From Octopus sinensis (taxonomy: Eukaryota): a stretch of DNA of 64,000 nt. Positions 37,711 through 49,254 of the stretch are shown here, piece after piece. A program made the translations under genes and the position numbers. Each line of letters begins with the position of its first letter. Within the stretch, counting starts at the first letter, position 1. The DNA lies in the NCBI RefSeq assembly GCF_006345805.1, contig NC_043001.1, positions 17,856,001 to 17,920,000 of the forward strand, in the 5' to 3' direction. The notes under the pieces are model-generated. The model was given only the letters and a program-made list of their open reading frames with translations, was not told where the DNA came from and made no database searches.

Positions 37711-39765
37711 CTACGTTTCTAGCCCTATTTTCCTTCTTAGGTAGAATAAATCCACCAACCCAGGGCCAGAGATAAAAGTGCCTGTTATTAAACCTTTCAT
37801 TCGCGTCTTCCAAATCACCTTTCTTGCTACTACGATGAGAAAGCAATTCTTACCTTCTTTCGATAGGAAATCCGGTGGGTCAATTTTTACTATTGACTCA
37901 GTCGATAACTGTACTCTTCCTGTACTTGACAATAGTTGTTCAGCATAAACCCACACATCTGAAACCACCAAACACTGAACAATAGCATGCGGGACGGTTT
38001 CCCTGACTCGCCCACATCTTGGACAGGTCGGTAGGTTAGGGCCACCATGATTGCGAGTTTGTCCCGGACAGGTAAGGCTCCTCGGTAACATTGCCATGCC
38101 AAAGACGTCTGGAAGTTATCCAGTGTCTTCGGCCCGAATGTACCTTGGAACATATTGGCCAGCTGATTATTGTCGAGACCTAAGGCTTCCCCAAGCTATC
38201 TTCACATTTCGTCTCTACCAGCCCTCTATAGAAGAATGTGATAGAACCACTACCGCGGGTGTTACCCGATAGATGGAATATCCGGAGAGCCTTACGACAC
38301 TCCGTACACCATGTACCCAACTTCGATCTACGATAGAACCAGACATCCAGTCCCCCGAAGTAAGTGAACATGGGAAACACTGTTTCGCGCCAGCGGAGAC
38401 CACAACACCCGATCACATCCAGATGGATCCACAGATGCTCTCCACCTCAGCGCGGTGCCTGCGCATCATCAGCCAGGCAACCGTAGCCCACCCTTTAAAC
38501 GGTTGTTGGCAGCAATTAGAGTGCCCACAAGCGTATTCGAACCCTTCCACAAGAAGCGGAAGAGCTGTCTTTCCAGCTTGCTCAACCTCGAATCAAAGCA
38601 GGGAACGGCGGTTAGGCGGTAGGTGATGACCGATGCGACGAACACATTGGCCACCTCCGCCCTCCCTGGCTCAATTTTCGCAGCAATGGCTCAAGAGCCA
38701 TTACATACAAAAGCGGGGAGAGGGGACACCCTTGACGAACCGAGCGTTTGAAGCTGAGCGGCTTAGATAAAAAGTCATTCACCCGAACTACCGAGTCGAT
38801 GTTGTTATAAATTTCAATGATCCACCTGACGAAGCTAATACCCAGGCCGAACTGTGCCAGAACGGACACCAGGTCTATCCTATCAAAAGCCTTTGATTGG
38901 TCTAAATCGACCACTGTCCCTCCCTTGCAAGAATCATTATGAAACTCTTTTACAGTGTACTGTAGGCGGGAAACGGCACATGCCTGTGCCTTCCCGATCA
39001 AGCCATCCGCGATACGTGCCAATCTTTTCGAGAACACTTTGGTCAAAATCTTCAACTCTGTGTTTAGCAGAGTGATGGGTCGAAAATTATCAATGCAGTC
39101 CCCCCTTGTTCGGGTCCTTTCCGACAAGCCTCACCATTCCCCGGCGCACAGATCCGGGAATGAACTCATTCTGCTGCCAGTTCGCATAGACATTCGCCAG
39201 CAGGTACCCGAACAAGTCTGGCATACTCTTATACAGTTCATAGGGTAGACCAACTAATCCCGGTGCCTTACCCGCGTCGCGGTGCGCCATAGCCTCAATT
39301 ACCTCCTCAGGCGTGATCGGCCCTTCACAACACTCCGCGTCAAGCTCTGAGAGGCGCGGTAGCTAAGCTAAGCTAAACTAAGCTAAGCTAAACTAAGCTA
39401 AGCTAAACTAAGCTAAGCTAAGCTAAGGTCCCTCTTTTTGTCCGGTCCGCTTCCCCCACCCCGAAAAGCTGGGCGAAATGCTCCTGAAAGACCTCACGCA
39501 TCTCCTCTGGCTCGTTTATCAACTTACTTCTTTGGTTCATCAAAGATTGAATTGTGCCATCATTGCCACGTTGGGCTTCCACCACTCGGGCCCCTCCTGC
39601 TGCTTTGATTCCTTTACAACCAATGTACGAATCCTGGCTCCAACAATGCAACCCATGTTAGGCTTCGAGATGCTGGTTTAACGCCAGTCTCTTGGCCGTC
39701 ACCTGAGCTGCAGAGACATATTCCATTGCTTCCTCCAAGTCCTTAGCTAATGCTAATCCCTTCCT
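37711..39765 (-). mobile_element. Decayed L1/Tx1-clade LINE ORF2
   Basis: GKAPGLVGLPYELY, NFRPITLLNTELKILTKV, DQSKAFDRI, RQGCPLSPLLY, C-terminal CPRCG..ETVPHAIVQC; (AGCTA)n insertion at 39361-39426. Confidence 0.88.
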
Positions 39766-39771
39766 AGTATA

Positions 39772-40140
39772 TCTATATATATAAAACTAAGAATGTGTGT
39801 CTGTATGTCTATTTGTCCAGCTGTCTGTCTGTCTGTGTCAATCCCTAAAACTTGAGAACTACACAACCAATTTCATTCAAATTTTACACATGCCTTACTT
39901 AGGGTCCATGGAGTATCATGGGCAAAACATTGTTTAACTTCTTGCCTAGGGCGAGCCCATAGCAATCATATCTTCTCCACTATGAATCCCTATAACTTGA
40001 GAACTACAAAACCAATTTCATTCAAATTTTAGACATGCCTTACTTAGGGTCCATGTTGCCTAGGGCGGGCCCACAGCAATATCATATCTTCTCCACTATT
40101 TCAGTATTACGTGTTAAAAGTGAAATAAAACAGCTCTCTG
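39772..40140 (+). mobile_element. Possible non-autonomous Helitron-like fragment with internal ~120-bp duplication
   Basis: Starts TCTATATATATAAAA followed by (GTCT)n; 39840-39982 is repeated at 39985-40100; no 3' end seen. Confidence 0.4.
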
Positions 40141-40142
40141 TG

Positions 40143-40192
<50 letters not shown>

Positions 40193-41020
40193 ATATTATA
40201 TATATATATATATATAAAAACTTACTTGGAGAACAGAAAAGAAGGAAACGAAGCGAGGGCGCTCAGTCATGCAATAAATTAATAAATAAAATATATGCAT
40301 ACATACATACATATATGTACGTACCTTCATCTACATGTATATATACATACATATATAAATATCTATATGTGAGTACAGGACACCACAAATAGACGTAGAA
40401 CTCAACGAGAAACGAAAACGAGCTGTATATGTATACATGTATATGTATAGATGTATTTCTATAGATATACATGTATATGTACACATGTATGTCTAGATGT
40501 ATATATATATAGATGTACATGTAATATATACTCATATATATACACATATCTACATGCATACATATACACACCCATACACACACCTCCACCCGCACACACA
40601 CACACACACACACATACATTGGCTGTGTGGTAACAAACTTGGTTCCAAAACACATGGTCCTCAGTTCAGTCCCACTGTGTGGTAACTTGGCATGTGTCTT
40701 CTGCTATAGCCTCAGACCAACTAAAGCTTTGTCAGTGGATTTTGTAGACAGAAACTGAAAGAAATCAATGTCATGTATATGTATGTATATATGTAAGTCT
40801 ATGTGTGTGTCTTTGTGTTTCTCTCCTCATAACTGCTTCACAACTGGTGTTCGTTTATTTACATCCCCATAACTTACTGGTTTCACAAGAAGAAACAGAT
40901 AGAATAAGTATCAGGCTTATCAAAAATATAAAAAGCACTACGCAGTGTCTGATACTTTTGTATGCCCACTCAGTTGTATCTTCAATTTATCTTTATTTGC
41001 GTGTGTATGTGTGTGTATAC

Positions 41021-41078
<58 letters not shown>

Positions 41079-41450
41079 TCACCTTGTTGTCTGTGTGTTT
41101 AACTTCCCGGCACATCTCCTCCTAGCCAACATTCGTAGAACCCAAAATGGGGTCACTTAAAGTTTAGGCGAATGAAAATTGAACTGCGCTCTTTCTGTCC
41201 GAAATTCATTTCGCAAGTGAAAGAATCGAATGTGTTTGTTTAGGCCTTATCCCATGCATTGAATAGTGAATAGTGGACTTTTTGACTGCTGTGTCACCAT
41301 TTTTCGGTGTATTTCAACTGGAAAAACGTTCACTTGAAGAGAATAACAAGTTGCATAATGCAAAATTTTTACTTTTCAAAAATTCCAATTCTAAAGGGTC
41401 CAAACAAATCCAACCAACACCGGGTGATACTGCTAGTATATATATATATA

Positions 41451-41529
<79 letters not shown>

Positions 41530-41575
41530 ATATATAAAGGATTTCGTAGGCAGGGCCTGAAACAAATCAATCGTA

Positions 41576-41663
<88 letters not shown>

Positions 41664-41664
41664 T

Positions 41665-42581
41665 GTAGTGTATGGTTTGGTATTGGCAACATGAATGACA
41701 ATGGTCAGAGCCTACTTGAATTTTGCACATACCATAACCCGTGCATCACCAACACATTCTTTTGCAGCAAGACATCCCACAAGGCATCTTGGAGACATCC
41801 AATATCTCAGCACTGGCATCAGCTGGATCTCATCATTACACGAAGATCCTGTCTGAATTCTATTCAACTGACCCGTAGTTACCCCAGTGCTGATTGTGAC
41901 ATACATCATTCACTAATAAGAAGCAGGGTGAGGATTATGCCAAACAAAGTCCATCACTCCAAGAAAATGGGCCGACCACGCATTAACACTGCCAGAACCT
42001 CGGACCCTATAGTGCGAAAATGTTTTGCTGTTTCCATCAATGTTGCCCTCAGTAGCTGCCCAACATCCTCTGCTGAAAGTAGGTGGAATTATATCAGGGA
42101 AGGTTTGTATACCACATCAATAGATACTTTCGGCATGAGAGAAAGGCAAAACCCAGATTGGTTCAGTGCTGGTCTCTCAGAGCTGCAAACAGTTATCGAA
42201 GCAAAGCTGCAGCTCTGATGCAATACAAAAGTGATTCGTCTACAAAGTAACTCGAAAAACTCAGAAAGGCAAGAAATAAAACCCAACTGACTGCCAGACG
42301 CTGTGCAAATAGGTATTGGCAGGAAATCTGTTAGAGTATCCAGTCAGCTACTGACAGTGGCGACACCCATGGGATGTATGCCGGTTTGAAGAAGGCCCTC
42401 GGTCCATCCGTAACCAAGTCAGCTCCTCTGAAATCAACTACTGGAGATCTCATCAAGGACCAAAGCAAGCAAATGGATAGATGGGTGGAGTACTACCAGG
42501 ATCTCTACCCACGGAGACCACGGTAGCTGAGGCTGCTAATCGAGGGTGTCAAGATCTTGCCAGTCATGGTGAACTTGACAG

Positions 42582-42586
<5 letters not shown>
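41665..42586 (+). mobile_element. RTE-clade LINE fragment (endonuclease and linker)
   Basis: [46 protein letters not shown]. Confidence 0.85.
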
Positions 42587-42618
<32 letters not shown>

Positions 42619-42662
42619 ATATATATAATATATATATATATATATGGCAGGACTGTCAAGGT

Positions 42663-42698
<36 letters not shown>

Positions 42699-42713
42699 AT
42701 ATATATATCTATA

Positions 42714-42758
<45 letters not shown>

Positions 42759-42842
42759 GGTCCCGGGTTGATTCGGGGTTAACCACAGTAAATAAGGTAC
42801 TCAATACATAGCGCAGAGTAAAATTAATTATTATATAGAAGG

Positions 42843-42892
42843 AGCTTCTACAGGACTAGAACTGTTCATTCAAGAGAAATCTTCAGGAAGCT
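42843..42892 (-). ncRNA. Type I hammerhead motif (one A missing in GAAA)
   Basis: Reverse complement of 43666-43716 with a 1-nt deletion. Confidence 0.55.
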
Positions 42893-43665
42893 AGTTAACA
42901 GAATTGTGTATGGCAGAAAGATAAATGGACTTGCTGTCGTAGCCAAGATGCTTGTGTGACCAGCGGTCAAAGATAACAAAAGTAATAAATGAAGACATTA
43001 AAATTAAATAAAATTAGGAATGGGTTTGTATCTGTATGTATATGTGTGTATGTGTAGGTATGTATAGGTACACATATGTGTATATATATATATATAGTAT
43101 ATATGATATATATGTGTGTGTATATGTATATAATGTGTATATAGGGACTGGTGTGTTGTGTGTGCATGTGTTGTATGTGGATATGTGTGTGTATGTGTGT
43201 ATGTGTATGTGTGTTGTATGTATATATCTTTTTTGTGTGATATATTATGTGTGGTCGTGTGTGTATATATACATGGTGTGTATATGTATATGCATATATG
43301 TGTGTATATATGTATATATATATATATAATATATTGTGTGTGTAGATATATGTATGTAATATGTGTGTATGTATATATGTGTGTGTGTGTGTATGCATGT
43401 GTGTATGTATATATGTGTGTGTGTGTGTATATATGTATACATATGTGTAGAGGTATAAGTGAGAATCTCCTTATTTACCTAAAACTCTATTCTTCTATAT
43501 ATTTTTTTATTCTTTTATTAATTCTTTTATCTAATTTACCACTGACTCCTTGACCACTCCCCCAAGTATTATTTTTGCGCTATGCTATCCACCCCAAAAA
43601 AGTCCCCCACCACCGCCCCTTTAAACCTGCCTAATGTATAAATGCCAATACAATTCTTGTTAACT

Positions 43666-43716
43666 AGCTTCCTGAAGATTTCTCTTGAATGAAACAGTTC
43701 TAGTCCTGTAGAAGCT
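43666..43716 (+). ncRNA. Type I hammerhead ribozyme
   Basis: AGCTTC-CTGAAGA-TTTC(TCTT)GAAT-GAA-ACAG(TTCTAGTC)CTGT-A-GAAGCT: three helices, GUA triplet at 43708-43710. Confidence 0.8.
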
Positions 43717-43835
43717 CCTTCTATATAATAATATATATATATATATATATATGTAGGTCCGGTTTGAGTCGCGGTTAACCACAGTAAATAAGGTACTCAA
43801 TACATAGCAGAGTAAATTAATTATTTTATAGAAGG

Positions 43836-43933
43836 AGCTTCTACAGGACTAGAACTGTTTCATTGCAATGAAATCATCAGGAAGCTTCCTGATGATTTCA
43901 TTTGAATGAAACAGTTCTAGTCCTGTAGAAGTT
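43836..43933. ncRNA. Back-to-back hammerhead pair (43836-43886 minus; 43883-43933 plus)
   Basis: Both carry CTGATGA, GAAA and ACAG/CTGT-A; inverted repeat centred on GAAGCTTC at 43881-43888. Confidence 0.75.
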
Positions 43934-43947
43934 CCTTCCTAAAATAT

Positions 43948-44061
<114 letters not shown>

Positions 44062-44699
44062 CCTAATGGGGGCCTTAACTCCCAAAATTTTGTCATTTCT
44101 TTTTTGATCCAAAAACTAGGTTAAAAGTACTGAATGAATCTTTATGAAATTTGGAAATTATATTCTATGCATAAGGGCCATAACCCCCATGACAATTCAT
44201 ATATTTTTGTTGTTGAGGAAATTTTAACCATAGATATTAGACACAAATGAAGTAATATTTATAAAATTCCATCTTCATACAAGTTATAAAGACCCCACCA
44301 TGGGGACTTAACATCCGCAATTTTGTCATTTTATCAAAGCAAAAACGAATACAGTTGTGCTCTTGGAAGCTGTAGAGTTACCCGAGCATAAAAGTTGAGC
44401 ATTATTTGTAATTCAATGGTACAACAGTGTAAGAGTTTGCTTTGGCATACACATACATTGTGATTTCTGCAATGTGGTGCATAAATTGTCAAGTAAATGA
44501 GAGGCACCTTTGCCTCCACTGACTCAGTTGTAAAGTGTTGAGTAAAGTTATTTGATTGCAGACTTCCTTTCAGTCTTTTTATTATCACTCGGTCACACAT
44601 AGTCCCCAGATGGTAACGTTGATTTCAAGGCCTTCCCAGATGAGTGACTGATCAGTATAGTGGTCATTTGCAAACTCCAACTTTCATTTCTCCTTAGCC

Positions 44700-46405
44700 C
44701 TTGGTAGACTCAACAGGCGTATCGATTGAGGACCCTTATCAACAGAGTCAATTATTTGCCGAGGCTTTTTCAACTATTTTCAAACAAGATGATGGTCGTG
44801 AACCCCCTCCATTTGATAGATCGGTACCTCCAATGCTTCGATTGGTCATCACGCGGGACGAAGTCAAACGTGTTATTCAAGGCCTCGATGTCAACAAGGG
44901 TCACGGCCCTGACGGCATACACCCACGGGTTATCAAAGCGTTGGCTCCGGTCATCTGCGAGCCCTTAAACACGACTATTCAATATGTCATTGGCGACGGG
45001 TGTTATACCTGCAGACTGGAGAACAGCGATAATCTGCCCAATTTTCAAGAAAGGAGCCGCGAAGACCCGCTTAATACCGACCGGTTTCCCTTACATCAAT
45101 AATCAGCAAGATGTTCGAAACCATCCTTAAGAAAAGTATGATGCTCCACCTCCTAACACAGCCTCTATCTCTTATTCCCAACACGGCTTCGTGCCGAAGA
45201 GATCATGCTTGACCAACTTACTAGTAAGAAGAATTGGTGACGCGCATCCTCGATGATAGTGATGCTGTTGACATCGTTTTTATGGACTTTGCCAAAGCTT
45301 TTGACTCGGTAAACCACCGCCTATTACTTGTCAAGCTTCAGCATATAGTTTCCATCCGGATATTATACGATGGGTTGGTGCCTTCCTCTCAGATCGCTCC
45401 TTCCAAGTCCAAGTTAATGGTTCGCGGTCCGACGTCTCCAGTGCGAGCAGTGGCGTGCCTCAAGGTTCAGTGCTTGGGCCCTTGTTGTTCTTAGTCTTCA
45501 TAAATGACTTGCCGACGACCTCACGCAACACACCCTTCTATTTGCCGACGATATCAAACTGGTCGCTCCTCGCGGTAATATAGAGGATCTTCGTCGATGC
45601 CTCCACCAAATTTGGAAGTGGTCTAACGATTGGGACCTGTGTCTAACGTGTCAAAGTGCTGTCATCTGCCTGTCGGCTCTACTCCTGCAACTCAACTTGA
45701 TTTCGAGCCGGGTCGTCTGCTGCTGGAGAGGACCGATCAGGTAAAGGGCCTGGGTATCTTGGTGGATTCCTCCTTTTCGCCTTCGGCCCAGTGCGTCCAT
45801 GCTGCCAACAAAGCACGCGGAATTCTGTTCTTGATTTGACGGTCATTCGGAATGTTCACAGCAGCCATATTCCTACCACTCTATGTCACGCTGGTGAGAC
45901 CCATATTGGAGTATGGGATTCACGCCTCTTCTCCTTATCTCCACAAAGACATACAGCATCTCGAAAGAGTCCAGAAGCTGGCTACCCGCATGGTTCATGG
46001 TCTCAAAAATTTGTCCTATGAAGAAAGGCTGAGGACGCTCGACCTTATTCTCTTGAAAAACGCCGCCGCCGTGGTGATCTCATTCTCTCGCCCACAACAT
46101 TATAAGCGGAAGTGTAACCTCTCGAAGAGCTGTTCTTCACTCCTGCTCCAGAGCGTCGGCTGCGGGGTCATTCCGAAAAGCTCTACCTGCGACGATTTCA
46201 TCTCAATCGAAGGAAGGAGCTTTTCTCCGTCGGGTTCGGTCCGTGGAACAAGCTGCCAGACGAGATGGTGTGATGTTAGCCTCCCTGGACCTCAAGTGCC
46301 TGAACTCTTTACATGAACACCACCCTGTACTTAACTCCATGTCCCCCTACATGGCCTTGCTATTTGCTTTTGAGCCAAATTAACTAACTAACTAACTAAC
46401 TAACT
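44700..46405 (+). mobile_element. CR1-like LINE reverse transcriptase pseudogene with 3' UTR
   Basis: KGHGPDGIHPRV, MDFAKAFDSVNH, GVPQGSVLGP, FADD, LVRPILEY, LSYEERL; (TAAC)n tail; many frameshifts. Confidence 0.92.
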
Positions 46406-46699
46406 CACGTCACACAGTTGTTAATGTTTATTTCAGTCGGGTCACGCCCTTCCAATTGCTATAGATTCGTAATGCATCTTACGGCTGTGCCTGTCACCTG
46501 GGTGGTGAGGAATCCTACATTGGGAGTGGTAACGACTAGGGTAGGGTAACTGACTGCTTATTGTGATCATTCGTCTTTTGGTTTCCTGTAGCTTTGCTCT
46601 CTTTTACAAACCCAGTGAACATATATTTCCTATTTCAAAGAAATTCAAACAATATATATAAGACCCAAGTAAAAAAGATTTTCAACAATTCAACTTCTC

Positions 46700-47022
46700 T
46701 GGTTGACATTAAGATGCCCACCCCCAAAAGGGGCCTTAACTCTCACATTTTAGAGCTCTATGACCTTCATTTTTCAGGGGCAAAATCTTTTTAAAAGGTT
46801 CAATAAGACTGGAATTTTGGAATATGCGCATAAAAATCAGTAGTATGGGATATATGTGGCACGATTACAATTTTTGGTGGGTGTGTAAAGAGGGAAATAA
46901 CCCTCATCTGCAATTTTGATGAAATTCGAAACATAGATATTCCAGTTCATTAGAGAAAATATGACAGAAAAGTCTAATTCTTCAATTGTATGTAACACGG
47001 GCAACGCCGGGTATCTCTGCAG
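46700..47022 (+). mobile_element. Possible Helitron-like 3' end
   Basis: CGGGCAACGCCGGG hairpin followed by TATCTCTGCAG; related ggggccttaactc motif at 44065, 44300 and 46730. Confidence 0.4.
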
Positions 47023-47554
47023 CATAAGGCCCTCATTGTCTGTTTTTTTGTTTGTTTTATTTCTTGTACTGTATTTTTTGTACTTGTAATTTTATTCTGT
47101 ATTTTATTTTTGTATTTTATTTTGTATTTTATTTTGTAATTTTATTGTATCGTTTTTGTCACATGTTAACTTTCCTTGTTTTTACCCCTCTGCGAAGTAA
47201 TTTTCTTTAATTCCTTCGCAGGAAGGACTAGTTCCACGAGTCGTGTTCTGTCCAACCTTCGAAACACGCTGGAACAGGGACAGCTGATGAAGGGGATTTT
47301 TCCTTGTATAGTTTGTCTTGTACTCTGTTTTTTTCGTTTAGGTCCGTTTCCACGTTTGTTTTTACGTTTTCGTTTCTCGTTGAGTTCTACGTCTATTTGT
47401 GGTGTCCTGTACTCACGTATATATATTATATATGCATGTATATATACATGTAGATGTAGGTACATATATGTATGTATGTATGCATATATTTTATTTATTA
47501 CACTATATATATATATATATATATATATCTATATATATTATATATATATATATA

Positions 47555-47591
<37 letters not shown>

Positions 47592-48165
47592 TATGACATA
47601 TATCGTACAATATATATCGTGCTCCTATTATTACAGAAAATTTGTTCTCGGCGTATAAACACCTCATTTGAATCAAGGGCGAGAAAGACAATGAATTTAA
47701 TCATCCTTAGTTTAAACACAACTAACAAAAAGAAGAGAAAAAGAAAAACAAGAGGTAAAGTAAAGATAAGATGACAGATAAAATAAAAATAAAATAAAAT
47801 AAAATATATATGTATATATATCTTTACCAAAGTAATTACACTGATGGCTAAGTGGGAAGCAAAACAGCTGGTGAATAGAAGATTCAATAGAATTCGTGGA
47901 AGCATTCATAAACAGAAGGAGGTCATACAAATAGCATAAATAGATAATGTGTGTGTGTATTTCTCCCATACTCCAAAAAACAAAATTTCTTTTCTAAACA
48001 AAAATTTATCCTCTCCTAAACAAAAACAAAACAACAGCCGTAATTGATTCATAAAAAAGACGAAGGAATCTGTTTTATTATCTTGAATTTATTTTCATGA
48101 AGAGTTCGGTTACAGTAAACGAACGTAAGCTCTAATAAAACATTATCTAAAATTCTGACTGTCTC

Positions 48166-48206
<41 letters not shown>

Positions 48207-49079
48207 CGCGTTTTTGTCCTCTTATTATTATTATTGTTTTTTGTATTTATATTTCGTGTGGCATCGTTCATTTTTCTGTCCTTGTTTCGTATACATTCGA
48301 TCCTTTTTCCAAGAAATCTAATGTTCGCAGCTTAGTTTTTCCTTGGGGTTGGCCGGATCGGAGCGATCTCAAGATTAATCAGCCGAAATTGCGAGGATGA
48401 TCCGGTTCTTGACTGAAGATTAGAGGCTTCGAATGACCCGTCCGTTTTTTGTGTCGTCTATTTGAGTGTTTTGCGTTCTTGTCCAATTTTGTATTTTTAT
48501 ATATATTTTTTATACATATATATATACATACATACAAGGCTTCTGGTCGACAAATTTTCCCTCTCTCGTCTTCCACGATAATCCAGCGTTTGCAATACTT
48601 TTTTCGTCTGGCGTTAACAGCCCTTCTTATCTTGTTCTCCTTGTCCTGTCTCTCACTGTTATATATTTATTTTTCCACTGTTTTATATATATTTTTTACT
48701 GTTTATTGTTTGTACTGTCGTTACCGTCTTGCTTTTTTTTTTACCCCTCTGCGAAAAGATCTCAGAATTTTAATTGATTTGCTTTTCGCGGGAAGGAATT
48801 TTTCTTCGAAGTAATACGTCTCGCTTTTATCCTTCGAACGTTTAGTAGATGAAATCTTAGCGACTGAAGAAGGGGATTTTCGTTGTGCTTATTGTCCTGT
48901 ATCTCTCCTTTTTTTTTTTTTGCTTGTCTTGTTCCTTGGTTTGTGTCTATGTGTTTCGTCTCTCTATGTGTTCGACGTCTTTTTGGTGTCCTGTACACAT
49001 ATATGCGTGTATATGTACATGTAGAGGTAGGTACGTACATATATGTTTATATATATGCATATGTTCTATTTATTAACAT

Positions 49080-49121
<42 letters not shown>

Positions 49122-49254
49122 TCGCGCTTAAGCATATATGTTGGTGCAGGCATGGCTGTCTGGTTACGAGGTCCGCTTCGGAACTACATAGCTACGAGTT
49201 CGGTCCCACACTATGGAATCTTGGACAAATAGCTTTTTCTATAGCTCCAAATTG

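Noticed and set aside
44700-46405. Active RT that could mobilise the ribozyme array
   Set aside because: Truncated and frameshifted, CR1-like rather than Penelope; no sequence shared with the 600-bp unit seen
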